A stretch of 64,000 bases of DNA from Octopus vulgaris (GCA_951406725.2 OX597822.1:2852001-2916000), one strand, 5' to 3'; counted from the first letter of the stretch, positions 39,390 to 53,642 are shown. The notes: generated from the letters alone by a model not told the origin. Made by a program: numbers and translations.

Positions 39390-39772
39390 GCATGAGCCAA
39401 TGTGACTAAGTGAGTGGAGTGAAGGTAGGGTATGTGTGCGTGTGCGCGTGTGAGTGCGTGTACGTATGTGTGTGCGTGTGTATGCGTGTGGCGGGTGAGA
39501 TACGAAAGAGTGAATGAAGGGTGTCGGTGAGAGGTGAGTGTGACGTCACAGCTGCAATAATATTATGGTCTACAGTGGACTGTTTGAGTTTTTACGCCGT
39601 AGGTCGCTCTTACTACAACTGATGTAGAAGAAGAGGGAAAGGGGAAAAAAGAAAGACAGAGAGAAAGAAGCAGAGAGCGAGAGAGAGAGAGAGAGAGAGA
39701 GAGAGGCAGAAGAGTTGTAGTACGGCTTCAGCTGGCATTCAACTTGGTCTATTCGTTGTTGTTGTTATTATT
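39390..39772 (+). promoter_or_regulatory. Putative promoter and 5' UTR of the Pc/CBX gene
   Basis: CCAAT at 39397-39401; perfect 12-bp palindrome TGTGACGTCACA containing a full CRE at 39539-39550; AT-rich AATAATATTAT at ~39556-39566; (GA)n tract at ~39675-39705; all just upstream of the ATG. Confidence 0.55.
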
Positions 39773-39841
39773 ATGGAGATACAGATAATGGGAGATCGGG
39801 TGTTTCAAGCCGACTACATACAGAGGAAACGTATACGCAGG
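39773..39841 (+). CDS. Pc: First coding exon of a Polycomb/CBX (CBX2/4/6/7/8-type) chromodomain protein; partial, later exons not found in window
   Basis: ATG at 39773 encodes [23 protein letters not shown] (23 aa). It aligns without gaps to the vertebrate CBX N-terminus (MELSAVGERVFAAEALLKRRIRK), including aromatic-cage F11, and is followed directly by a consensus donor GTAAGT (39842-39847) in phase 0, where I recall the first intron lies in vertebrate Pc-type CBX genes. Confidence 0.88.
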
Positions 39842-39990
39842 GTAAGTACCGGTGTATATATATTTCTACACATGTATGTATATTACATATATATATATAT
39901 ATACGTATATATGTATATGCATGTATGTTTATATGTGTGCATGTATATATATTTGTATATGTATGTAATATACGGATATTTACTGTATTG

Positions 39991-40046
<56 letters not shown>

Positions 40047-40063
40047 GTATGTATCTATGTATG

Positions 40064-40223
<160 letters not shown>

Positions 40224-40488
40224 GTGTATATGTATGTATGTGTGTGTGTATATATTTCTATATAATAGTTTGACAGGACCACCCGTTTCACCGATATCGT
40301 CACCCGCTACCCGGTTTGCACCGCTGCAAACATCATCATTATCATTGTCAATGTCATCATCATCATCATCGTCATTATCATCGTCGTCATCGTCGTCATC
40401 GTCATCATCATTTTCATCGTCATCAATTTCTTCACATCCCACAAGCTGTTAATCTTTATATCGTTTTAGTTTTTAATGCTCTAACAGT

Positions 40489-40582
<94 letters not shown>

Positions 40583-41117
40583 TGTGTGTATGTATATATA
40601 TATATATATATGCATGTATGTATATGTATGTATGTATGTACTACATCAGTTCGTCTAATAATTTTCACATTCAACATACATGCATGCAGAGATTACTGGT
40701 ATTACAATATACGCAATAATATATATACGCATATATATATATATGTATATGCATATTTATTATACCGGTATATACAATATGCGCAGTACATAACATACAT
40801 ACATACATACATACATACATCATACCATATATACATTTATATATATATATATATGTATATATATAGAGAGAGAGAGGGGGGGATAATGCTTACATATTGA
40901 GCCTGTATATATGTATGTTTGGGTTTGTATGCATGTATATGTGTGCAAGCATATATATATATATATGTATGTATGTATGTATCTATGTATGTATAAGCTT
41001 TACGTGTGTATGTATGTATATGCGCAATACCTTCGAGCGGTGCACTAACTTGAACATACGTATATAGATATATACAAACGCACTTACACATTGCACATGC
41101 ATGCATTTATAAAGATG

Positions 41118-41167
<50 letters not shown>

Positions 41168-41768
41168 CCCACACATGTATACAGGCAAATATAGTCATAC
41201 ATATACATACAGATCTACTTATATATATATATATATACATATATATACATAAGGGTACATATATACGCAGAAAGTATGTATGTGTGTATGTGTGTGAGCC
41301 TGTGTGTATGCATGCATATATGTGTTTGCTATACGTGTGGATGTATGCAGCGTATATACACATCCACGAACTGATAAACACCAGCTAAAAGTACACAGAT
41401 CTTTGCATCGGCTTTTCAGTACTTGAGTACGTATCGAGTGGTGTTCACTGTCAGGTCCGTTTTGGCCTATAATCACAGTACTTTCTCCCGTGACCATCTC
41501 ATCTAATTTCTCGTAGTGGGGGGGGGAGGTGTAAGGCTTCATGCATATTCTACCTACGGTTATATTGTTTACCGTGTCCTTCCTTTTTTTTTTATTTAAG
41601 ACGCTTTACAACTGTTTTAGCTGTTATTACTAATCGGGTCGATCCTCAGCGCGCAAACAGCTATCTTTCTAGTTTCTGGTGTACGTGTTTAGTAACAGCG
41701 GTACCGGTTTCGATTTTACTTCACGTCAGCTATTTCGTTGTATTGTTTCTTTGACAAACATCAACATT

Positions 41769-41830
<62 letters not shown>

Positions 41831-41874
41831 GGCATGAATGTTACAAAATCCTCGTTTTATTTTATATCTATAAC

Positions 41875-43325
41875 TTATTTCTTTACTACCCACAAGGGGC
41901 TAAACACAGAGGGAACAAACAAGGACAGACAAAGGGATTAGGTCGATTATTAACTGGTACTTAATTTATCGACCCCGAGAGGATGAAAGGCAAAGTCTAC
42001 CTCGGCAGAATACATATAACATATCAGTATACATGTTTAACGCTGCCATATCGTCACAGGTTGACTGGCTTAAAGGCCTTATCACAAACCCCTCAGCATA
42101 ACGAAGGCTACAAAACTAGGGTCTCACTGCATTTTAGATATTATTGCGTTCGTTCATACTTCCGCCTGTTACTATTTTTACAGCTCATGTTTTCATTATT
42201 GCTGTTGTTGTTTTGTTATTGTCATTGTTATCATGAGTTGTTCAGTTATCGCGAATTTCACTTATGTGCGTAATTATTACTGTTTTGTTATTGTTGGTTT
42301 GTTTGTTACGGCTACTGTTGTTCTTAGCGATGTTATTGCTGTTGTCACTGTCGGACTTTGTTGCTTCGTTCCGTTATAACTCCCGTTCTGAGTTCAAATT
42401 CCGCCCAGGTCGACTTTACCTTTCATCCTTTCTAGGTTGATTAAATAAGTACCTATTTCTTTACTACCCGCAAGGGGCTAAACATAGAGTGGACAAACAA
42501 GGACAGACAAAGGGACTAAGTCGATTATATCGACCCCAGTGCATAACTGGTACTTATTTAATCAACCCCGAAAGGATGAAAGGCTAAGTCGACCTCGGCG
42601 GAATTTGAACTCAGAACGTAACGGCAGACGAAATACCTATTTCTTTACTAAACACAGAGGGGACAAACAAGGACAGACGAACGGATTAAGTCGATTACAT
42701 CGACCCCATTGTGTAACTGCTACTTATTTAATCAACCCCGAAAGGATGAAAGGCAAAGTCGACCTCGGCGGAATTAGAACTCAGAACGTAACGGCAGACG
42801 AAATACCGCTAAGCATTTCGCCCGGCGTGCTAACGTTTCTGCCAGCTCGCCGCCTTGATTAAATAAGTACCAGTTGTGTACTGGTGTCGATGTAATCGAC
42901 TCCTTCCCTCCCCCAAATTTCAGACCGTTATATCTATTGTAGAAAGGATTATCAACGTTATTACCATTCTTGTTGTTGTTATTTTTGTTTATTGTTGTGG
43001 TTGTTTTCGTTGTTGTTGCCTTTCTCAATTCTTCAATCTTCGTCGCAACCGTCGACGTTGCTCTTTCTCTTGTTGAATATGGTTTTTTCTTATTGCTATT
43101 TTTGGCTGTTGTTATGTTATCGCCGTTGTTGTTGTTGTTGTTGCTTTTCATAATTATTCAAATTCCCTGCCGAGTTCGATTTCCGCCCAAGTCGGCTTCA
43201 CCATTCATCTTCTCAGGGTCGATAAATCAAGCGCCACTGAAACCCTGGGGTCAACTCATCCCCTCCCCCAAAAGTGGCTGCCCTTGTGGCAAAACTTGAA
43301 AACATCATCATCATCATCATCATCA

Positions 43326-43376
<51 letters not shown>

Positions 43377-43720
43377 GCTGTGGTCGTTTCTGTGTATATT
43401 ATTGCTGTTACAGCCATCGTTATCCGGTTTCGCGTTCTGAGTTCAAATTCAGTCTTAGTCGACTTTGCCTTCCGTCCATTCGAGATCGATAAAATAAAAC
43501 ACGAGATGTAATCGTTTAGTCCCCCTCCCCTCAAAATAGTAGAAAGGGTTATTATTAGTTGTCATAGTTGTTGTTTGTTGTTGTCGCTATCGCCAGAGCA
43601 ACTGACAAAATACTTTCCGGTATTCTTTCCCGCTTATTTAACGTTCTAAGTTCAAATCCGACCGAGGTCAATCTTGACTTTCATCCCTCCAGGGTCGGTA
43701 AAAATCAAACACCAGTCACG
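41875..43720. mobile_element. Dense cluster of SINE family B copies in both orientations
   Basis: Copies at ~41878-42010 (-), 42380-42453 (+), 42454-42856 (-, dimer), 42857-42950 (+), 43160-43290, 43430-43550 and 43590-43720 (+). Confidence 0.8.
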
Positions 43721-43979
43721 TGCTGTGTGTACGTATATATTCATACACACACACACACACACACACGCACGCGCATACATACACACACACACACCCATAC
43801 CAGCGAGGGTAGAAGGAGCTGATCCCTGCGCGAGCGCGCGGTCCCTAGTTACCTGATGTTGTTGTTGTTATTACTGACGTCACTGAACTTTCGATAAGCA
43901 TTACCCTCCCTCTCTCACCCCCATCTCTCTCCCAACACATGACATTGTCTGTCTGTCTGTCTGTCTGCATGACTCTCCT

Positions 43980-44510
43980 TATGTATGTATGTATGTGTGT
44001 GTGTATGTATGTGTGTGTGTATGTATGTATGTGTGTGTGTATGTATGTATGTATGTATGTATGTATGTATGTTTGTATGTATGTATGTATGTGTGTATGT
44101 ATGTAAGTTAGTATGTAAGTAAGTATGCATGTATGTATGTATGTATGTATGTATGTATGTATGTGTGTATGTATATTTGTATGCATGTATGTATGTATGT
44201 ATGTATGTATGTATGTATGTGTGTATGTATGTGTGTATGTATGTATGTATGTATGTATGTATGTATGTGTGTATGTATGTATGTATGTATGTATGTATGT
44301 ATGTATGTATGTATGTATGGATGGATGGATGGATGGATGTGTGTATGTATGTATGTGTGTATGTATGTATGTATGTATGGATGGATGTATGTATGTGTGT
44401 ATGTATGTATGTATGTATGTATGTATGTATGTATGTATGTATGCATGCATGTATGTATGTATGTGTGTATGTATGTATATATGTATGTATATATGTATGT
44501 GTGTATGTAT
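43980..44510. repeat. Long degenerate (TATG)n array
   Basis: Direct reading; a similar array lies at 37725-38030. Confidence 0.9.
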
Positions 44511-44944
44511 CATGAGTGTTTGTTTTCATGGAAAGTGATTATAGAAACAATTGTTATCATTCAGCCGAAGGATTAATCAGGATTAATATTTATCATTCTT
44601 TAACAAGAATACTGCTGACAGTGACTCCGAAGTTTCGGCCTGCTTAGCCTTACGTATATATCCGCGCGCGCGCGTGTATATGCAGGGAGCAAGTGATAGA
44701 GAATGATAAAGAGATAGATACGCACACACACACACACACACGCACATACACACAGGCACACGCGCACACACGCAGGTTTTTTTTCTCTTCCTTTCTTTAA
44801 GTCGCACTTTCACTTCTTCTCTCAATCTTTCTGTACATTTAAACTGGTTTTCATTTCCCCTTGTCGTTGTTGTCGTTGTTGTCGTGGCCGTCTGTTGTTG
44901 TCACGTGATGATGTCTTGTTTTATGTCGTTTTTTTCTCACTGTT

Positions 44945-45298
44945 GAGGCGCAATAGCCCAGTGGTTAGGGCAGCGGACTTGCGGTCATAGGATTGCGGTC
45001 ATAGGATTGCGGTTTCGATTCCCAGACCGGGCGTTGTGAGTGTTTATTGAGCGAAAACACATAAAGCTCCACGAGGCTCCGACAGGGGGTGGTGTTGGCG
45101 ATCCCTGCTGTATTCTTTCACCACAACTTTCTCTCACTCTTCTTTCCTGTTTCTGTTGTACCTGAATCTCCCCGAGAACTACATTAAGGGTACACGTGTC
45201 TGTGGAGTGCTCAGCCACTTGCACGTTAATTTCACGAGCAGGCTGTTCCGTTGATCGGATCAACTGGAACCTTCGTCGTCGCAACCGACGGAGTGCCT
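44945..45298 (+). mobile_element. SINE family C (full length)
   Basis: Same head and body; tail GAACTACATTAAGGGTACACG..GGAACCTTCGTCGTCGCAACCGACGGAGTGCC. Confidence 0.85.
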
Positions 45299-45688
45299 CG
45301 AATATCGTCACTGTTATTACTGTTGTTATTATTGCACTTGTTGTTCCAAATATGACCATCCCATCTAGTTTCAGTTAACTATTTACCTTGGAACTACAAC
45401 GACCATTGCGTCCTCGTTAGGACATAAGCGCTTAACTTTATTGCTCTTTCTAGCATTTCGAACGACTACATAGGGGCAGCTTCGCTGTTCTATAACTATG
45501 GATGTTATCAAAGTTATTTTCATTGTTCAAGTTGTTGTGGTTGTTGTTGTTGTTAGTGGTGGTGGTGGTGGTGGTGTTGCGGGGTTGTTGCAGTTGTTTT
45601 TGTTCGCGGTGGAGGCGGCGGTGGTGGTAGTTGTGTTTTTGAGATGTTGGTGTTGTATCATCGTTACGGTAGTGATGTTGTTTTTATG

Positions 45689-45733
<45 letters not shown>

Positions 45734-47480
45734 AGAGTAACAGGAGCAGCAACAGCAACAACCGCAGTAGTAGTAGTGGTTGTAGTATTGTGGTAGTGTT
45801 ATTGCTGTGGTAGTTGTATTGTTGTAGTGGCAGTACTATTGTTGTTTTAGTGTGGTGGTGGTGGTGGTAGTAGTAGTAGTAGTTGTGTTGTCATTGTAGT
45901 ATTAGTGTAGTTTGTGGTAGTGGTGCTGCTATAGTTCTGGTTCTAGTGTTGTGTTGCCGTGGTTGTATTGCTGTTGTGATATTACAGTATCGGTGCTGTT
46001 GTTGTTGTAGTGCCGTGTCAGTGTTGTTTTAGTAGAGGTGTTAGCGCATGCTCCACTGTTATTTTTGCTGTTGTCATCGTCGTCATCGTCGACATCGTCA
46101 TCATCGTCATCATCGCTTATCCTCAGGTCCTCATCTTTAACCTCACGCCTCCCAAACGTACATGTAACTACTTGAGAGAAATATCGCTACTATTTCTAGC
46201 AGTGTCAACGTTCCCATAAAGCCTTGTGAGTGCCAGGGGATAGTTTGGAAGTTCCTCAGAACCTGTAGCACCAAATCTATGATGGAAACGATCACTCTTA
46301 GATATGTCACATATTTCTGGAACATGGAGCAATGAATGAGTGTATGATAGCACAGAGGAGAGGCATGAGAGCCACACAGTCATCGATAAGGTCAAAGGTT
46401 CTACAAAAAAGAACCTAGACTAATTAATAATTTACTTAGTCATTAGCTAATTATCTAATTAAATTATGATAAAACTGAAGAGTAATACAATCAGTGCGTA
46501 TGCGTTATTGGCGCCATGAGTGTTCTTAAAGTACAGCAATTAAATTTACTGGCTTTTGATTGGGTTAAACTAAATATCCTTCCTACAGATGCTTAGAATG
46601 TTCGTTGGTGATCAGAATGAGGACGAGAAATTCCCTAGCAGTGGCATAAAAGACCCACAGAGCTTTATATATTTGTTGAAATTACTGACGGGGCTGCTGC
46701 CGAAATAGTTGTTGTAGATATTGGTGTATAACGGAACTGGCAGCGAACTGTTAATGTCGATATTTAAAAAAATATATCTATATACTTTTACGTATTAATG
46801 CTTTTTAAAATTATTTATTTAGATTGGAGTTGCATGTGCCCGCGTATCTTTTTGTGCAAGACTGTTTGTGTTTATGTGTGTGTATGTGCTTGTGTTTATG
46901 TGTGTGTGTGTGTGTGTGTGGTAAATTATATATGTGCACTAGTGATTGTGTAGGTGTTTATGTTGGTGCATAAGTTGAAGCGAGTGTTTGTGTTTGTCTC
47001 TGTGTGTATATGTGTATGTGCGGTGTTTATGTAAGAAGACCCAGTATGACCTGGAGCATGTTTGTGTGTTTGTGTGTGTGTGTGTGTTTGTGTGTGTGCC
47101 TGCGCTCACGTATGCGTGTACACGTGTGTACTTTATCGCAGCACAGGAAAATCCTAAGTATTGACAAAACTTGAGTGTACTTCTAAAGCTGTGTTTGTTA
47201 TGAATAAACAGCCATACATATACACACATATTTGATTGCGCGCGCGCACACACACACACGCACACACGCACACACGCACACACTCATGCACATCTATCCT
47301 ATGAGTTACAAATAAATTGTTACACACACATACACCCAAACACGCTAACACACGTAGTACATACACACATAGACCCACGGGTGTGTGTATTTGCGTGTGT
47401 ATGTGTGTGTGTGTGTAGTGGTTTTATACTTGTGTGAAATTGAACTAAGCGGTAGAATATTATAATTTATTTTCGTTATT

Positions 47481-47536
<56 letters not shown>

Positions 47537-47719
47537 TGTTGTTGTAGAATGGATGGATGGATGGATTGACAGATATATGGACGGATCTCCGTCACTTTCC
47601 ACGTTGATTAATCGATCAAGTCTACTACGTACTCATTATCTTAGCGTCTTAGTGGCTGAGTATTTCACAGATGCGTAGTAGTAGCAGCAGCAGCAACAGC
47701 AGCAATAGTAGTAGTTACT

Positions 47720-47955
47720 GTTGTTTCAAAATTTGGCAAGGGTCAGCATTTTCCGAGTAAAGCGGGGTGGGGGTTAGTCGATTTATATTGACTCCAATAT
47801 TTGACTAGTTACCTTTATTTTATCGATTCCGGAAGGATGAAAGGGCGAAGTTGACCTTGGTAGGATTTTGAACTCAGAACGTAAAGACAGCTTGAAGAAA
47901 TACCGCTTAAGCATTTTCTCCGACGCCTTTAACGATTCTGCCACCTCGCCGCTAG
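47720..47955 (-). mobile_element. SINE family B
   Basis: Core and head motifs, reverse strand. Confidence 0.75.
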
Positions 47956-48049
47956 CCTGGCCCATGGTGTATAGGCGACAATATAAGGAAACGAACGCCA
48001 ACTCACAAAGATGCGATGTTTACGACAATCCAAAGAAATCAACAATTAT

Positions 48050-48668
48050 AGGCGCGGGCGTGGCTGTGGGGAAAGAAGTTTGCTTCCCAACCACATTGTT
48101 CCGGATTCAGTCCCTCTGCGTGACACCTTGGGCAAGTGTCTTCTACTATGGCTTCGGGCCGACCAAAGCTTTGTGAGTGGATTTGATATACGGAAACTAA
48201 AAGGGAAACCCGTCGTATATGACTAGACAGATATCTATGTGTGTCTCTTTCTGTTGGTTTGTTTACGTTCCCGTAACATTACTTGTTTCAGTCATTTGAA
48301 TGCGGCCATGCTGGAGCACCGCGTTAAAGGGTTTTAGTTGAACAAATCGACCCCAGGACTTATTGTTTGTACGTCTTGTACTTATTCTATCGTTCTATTT
48401 GCCAAACCGCTAATTTACGGGGACACAAACACACCAGCATCGGTTGTCAAGCGATAGCGGGGATCAAACACTAACACATACGTATAAATACACACACACA
48501 CACACATGTAATGGGCTTTCGGTTTTCGTCTACCAAATCCTCTCACGAGGCTTTGGTCGGCCCGAGGCTATAGTAGATGACAATTGCCCAAGGTGCCACG
48601 CAGTGGAATTGAATCCGGAACCATGTGGTTTGCCAGCAAGCTTCTTACCACGCAGCCACGCCTGCGCC
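48050..48668. mobile_element. Two SINE family A copies in inverted (tail-to-tail) orientation
   Basis: + copy 48050-48280, - copy 48282-48668. Confidence 0.85.
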
Positions 48669-48976
48669 TAAAAAAAAATCACTCACAAAAATGTCCTTAT
48701 AACTAGGCCTTCAAAGTTTTCTAATTGAAGTACATGGAGAGCAGTTTTGAGGGAAGGTGGTTGGTCGATAACATCGACGGGTAATTGTGGTGAAATCCCA
48801 CCCACAAAATGTGTGTGTGTGTGCGTGCGTGTGCGTGCGTGTGTGAGTTTATGTGTACGTGTTTAAACGTGACAGGGTACGTGTTACATCTATGCGAATG
48901 CATATGTATTTATCGATGCTTCGTGGTCTCCTTGTGTCTGAGTGTTTGTTTGAGCAGTATATACATACATACATTA

Positions 48977-49210
48977 CAGGGGTTAGTCAAAAGTCACCTG
49001 ACAGTAGATCATAACCATTTAATTCCAAGATTTATTTATGTTTAACAACTGAATGAATTTAATAAACGCATCTAAATATGAAACATCAGGAAAATAGTTG
49101 AAACCGAAGTCCTTCCTCGGCGATGCATTTTCCCATTCGAATCGATACGGAATTACAAACAGTACTTATCGAATTTTGATTTACTGTCGGGTGACTTTCG
49201 GCCAACCTTG
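48977..49210. mobile_element. Tc1/mariner-type MITE
   Basis: TA|CAGGGGTTAGTCAAAAGTCACCTGACAGTA ... TACTGTCGGGTGACTTTCGGCCAACCTTG|TA. Confidence 0.8.
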
Positions 49211-49224
49211 TAGATATCTAATTA

Positions 49225-49256
<32 letters not shown>

Positions 49257-49597
49257 ACTGTGCGTAGGTGTGAATATGTGTCAGCTGTTTCTTATTTATT
49301 TCTGGCTCTGTTCTGTGTGTTTGTGTATGTATCTGTTCCGTGTGTTATTCCAGATAACATATGTGCGCGCGTGGTCTACTGAAAAGCATGTGGCTAGTTT
49401 CCGTTCATTTTTCTATGTGTCAATGTGACTATTCTACCTGGCTGTTTGTTAACGTTTCTGTATGTATATATGTATAGATATAAGAAAGGTTTATGGCTTG
49501 TTTCACGGAATACGTGTCTATCTATCTGAGTGTACACACGCACAAGCGCACATACACACACGCGCACACACACGCATATATATATATGTATATGTAT

Positions 49598-49775
49598 ATC
49601 TGCCGCTACGTTCTGAGTTCAAATTCCGCCGAGGTCAACTTTGCCTTTCATCCTTTCGAGGTCGATTAAATAAGTACCAGTTACGCACTGGGGTCGATAT
49701 AATCGACTTAATCCGTTTGTCTGTCTTTGTTTGTCCCCTCCGTGTGTATCCCCTTGTGGGCAGTAAAGAAACATA
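49598..49775 (+). mobile_element. SINE family B with Tx1-like tail
   Basis: Core followed by TTTGTCCCCTCCGTGTGTATCCCCTTGTGGGCAGTAAAGAAACAT. Confidence 0.8.
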
Positions 49776-49808
<33 letters not shown>

Positions 49809-50927
49809 TGTATGTATGTATGTATGTGTGTATGTATGTATGTATGTATGTATGTATTGATTGATGGAAAGAAGGATGGATGGATGGATGTAGACGCAGG
49901 TATGGCCAAATACTTTGAGAAGTTCGCTTTGCATTCACAATGTTGCGGGATCGATCTCACACTGTGGCATCTTAGACCAAGGGTCTTTTAACTCGGACTT
50001 TTATGAGCTGAGGCAGGTTGATGGAAGTTGTACAGAAACTCGTCTGATGGGACGACGTACCTGTAATTCCCGCGTTTTCACTCAAATGTGTTACTCTGAT
50101 TCTACACAATGGTTAACGATAAGAGTACATATGTTTGTAGGTTAGTCAGCGAGTTGAGTGTGTGTGGGTCGGACAAGTTGATTTTGGACAACTCAGCACT
50201 CATCGTCGATATCGACAGAGGACCCATCCATTCACTTTGTGTGTGTGTGTGTGTGTGTGTGCGCGCGATCTGTTACACTTTAATGGTATTAGTTTTCACG
50301 AGTGGCAGGAAAAATGAAAACGAGATCTGCATGTGTGTGTGGGCGGGGCAGTTGTTTACAAGTTGACAGTTGAGTTAAACATACGCACACACACAAACAT
50401 ACACGCAGACACACACACAAACATACACGCAGACACACACACAAACATACACGCAGACACACACACACAATCACACACACGCGCGCGCATACATCTTCAC
50501 AAAAACACTCGCATATTATATATACATACATACATATATATATATATATATGCGCATATATACTTACATATACATACTTACATTCAAGCATACACATATA
50601 AACAATACTTTACATAGATATATCATACATACATCAATACAACAATACATCCATCCCTATATATATGTGCATACATATATACATACTATATTATACATAC
50701 ACGCATGTATACATATGCACGCGGAGCGATTCGGATAACCAATAATTTTAAACATACGCAGTAGATTTTAAAATCTACGCATGAACTAATAAATGTATGT
50801 GTGTGTATAAAACTGTATATGCAGGAACATACATTACACACATATACACACCCACTCACACGTATATATGAAGAGTGAAAGAGGAGGAAGAGGAGAAATA
50901 ATTATCCATATGTTGATGTAAACATCA

Positions 50928-50975
<48 letters not shown>

Positions 50976-51011
50976 ATATACGTACATACACACACAGACA
51001 TACTCTCTCCC

Positions 51012-51064
<53 letters not shown>

Positions 51065-51163
51065 AACGGGCTCGCGCACATAGACAAATATAGATAGGTA
51101 TATATGCAAATAAATACATACATACACACACATACGTACACACGCATATAAATACATAAATAT

Positions 51164-51211
<48 letters not shown>

Positions 51212-51744
51212 GTATGTATGTATATATATATATATACACATATGTATGTGTATATATATATATATATATATATAACAATATATACGTATGTATGTATGTA
51301 TGTACATATATATATATATATTTCCTTGGTTTTATGTTTATGTTTTCGTTTCTCATTGTATTCAACGTTTTTTTTTTTTGGTGTCCTGTACCCATATATG
51401 CATATATATATATATATACATGTAGATGTAGGTACGTACATATATGTATGTATATATGCATATGTTTTATTTATCAATTTGTTATTATACCTACCTATTG
51501 GCTCGCGTGCGCGGTGTGTACATAAATCGTATTCTTGTGTATCTATCTGGGTGTATTTGTTATCCATATTTTTTTCTCCATGGTCGGTCACGTTTTTTAG
51601 CCAGTTTCCCTTTGTCCAAACACGTACAGATTGGACATGCACAAATGCAACGCGTATGACAAACACATATACTTACGTATGACTTTGTCTGTCTATCCTA
51701 TCTATCTATCTATCTATCTATCAATCTATCTATCTATCTATCTC

Positions 51745-51809
<65 letters not shown>

Positions 51810-51826
51810 ATCTATCTATCTTTATC

Positions 51827-51919
<93 letters not shown>

Positions 51920-52060
51920 GACCTGTCTGTCTGTCTGTCTGTCTGTCTTTCTTTTTATTTACGTGTATGTATGCGACTCTATTTACGTTTAACGTACCGA
52001 GTATATTTTCTTTCTCGCTTGTACTAACTCACTGCTCTCTCTCTCTCTCTCTCTTTCTTT

Positions 52061-52100
<40 letters not shown>

Positions 52101-52619
52101 TGTGTGTGCATGGGTCTGTGGCTGTTGTGCGTGTGTGTATATGTGTCTATACATACATATATGTTTTCTCAATCTTTCTCTGTGTCCCTATCTATCGGTG
52201 TCCGACTGTCTGTCTGTCAGTCTCTTTCTCCCCTCCCCCTATCTTTCTCTTTCTTTCCCTCTTTATACATGCTCGCCCGCGCACACTCTTTCGCTAGTTA
52301 GACTAAAATCATTTCCGAAACAATTGCTTATAGGGATGGTATACCGTTACTTGAAGTTTCTTCATACGCAGAATACTAGAATGTTCTGTCATTTGAGTTG
52401 TTCGTTTGTACGTTTGCAGAAATCCAATCTCTTTATTGTGTTATGTTGGTACTCTTAGCATGTCCTATTGGTCGGTCATTACTTAGGTGGAGGGTGGACA
52501 ACTGATCTAGTTGAAGCCTTTTGCCGGTGGCTGGTTTGGGATGCCGGAGCAAAATACATCTAGATATGATTTAAATGTCGGAAAGGAAAACTTAAGTCAT
52601 GCTTCTCATTTATCTTGGG

Positions 52620-52899
52620 AGATAGTTATACAGGAAGTTTACTTCCCAACCACATGCTTCCGGGTTCAATCCCACCTGTGGCACCTTGGGCAACTGCGTT
52701 CTATTATAGCCGCACGCCGACCAAAGCCTTGTGCTCGCATTTAGTTGACGGAAACTAAAAGAAGCCCGTCGTATATAGTGCGTTTGTGTGTGTCTTTGTG
52801 TCTGTATTTGTCTTGACAACTGGTGTTGGTGTGTTTACGTCCTCGTAGCAATAGTATTTTGGCAAAAGAGACCGAGATAATAGGTACCAGGTTTAACAA

Positions 52900-52949
<50 letters not shown>

Positions 52950-52956
52950 CAATAAT

Positions 52957-52989
<33 letters not shown>

Positions 52990-53090
52990 AATAATAATAA
53001 GTACTGGAGTCGATACATTCGACTAAAAAGTTCTGTAAGGCGATGCTCCAGCATGTCCGCAGTCTAATGACCGAAATAAGTAAAAGTATA
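52620..53090 (+). mobile_element. SINE family A with internal (AAT)/(AAC) expansion
   Basis: Family A motifs. Confidence 0.8.
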
Positions 53091-53419
53091 ACATAAATAA
53101 ACGGAATCAGCTGAAAAAAAAATTGAAGAAATGAAATTCTTTTTACGGAAATTACCAAACAAATAGTTTCACTCTTCTCGTATACCTCCTTCGAAAGATT
53201 GCCCTCGGTGTTTTTATTTGATACTGAAACCCATTCTTTCTGTCATGCGTCCACTCTTGACGATCTTTCACTTCAGCGCCACATTAATTATAGAAACGAA
53301 AGGAAAAGCAACTGACGCTGGGAAAGTACAAAAATAAACTTAGCGATCCAGAGGAAGCGAAGCGAACAATTAAATGCGTAAAAGTAGGTTATTAAGCGTC
53401 ATTATTATAGATTTCTTCG

Positions 53420-53642
53420 AGGCGTCGAGCTGGCGGAATCGTTAGCACGTCGGAAAAAAAAAATACTTAGCAGCATTTCGTCCGTCTTTACGTTCTGAGT
53501 TCAAATTCCACCGAGGTCGACTCTGCCTTTTATCCTCTCGGGGTCGATGAAATAAATATCAGTTGCGTACTGGGATCATTATAATTGATTAGCCACCTCC
53601 TTCAAAATTTCAGGTCGTGTTCCTTTAGTAGAAAGGATTATT
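53420..53642 (+). mobile_element. SINE family B
   Basis: Head, core and tail-1. Confidence 0.8.

Noticed and set aside
40316-40442. Poly-Asp or poly-His ORF just downstream of the Pc exon
   Set aside because: (CAT/CGT)n microsatellite; does not encode the expected chromodomain continuation.
45411-45420. TCCTCGTTAG, identical to the tRNA-Asp 5' end
   Set aside because: Only 10 nt match and no downstream tRNA structure.
46420-46520. Cluster of TAAT homeodomain-like sites plus GCCAT
   Set aside because: Short motifs expected by chance in AT-rich DNA; no independent support.
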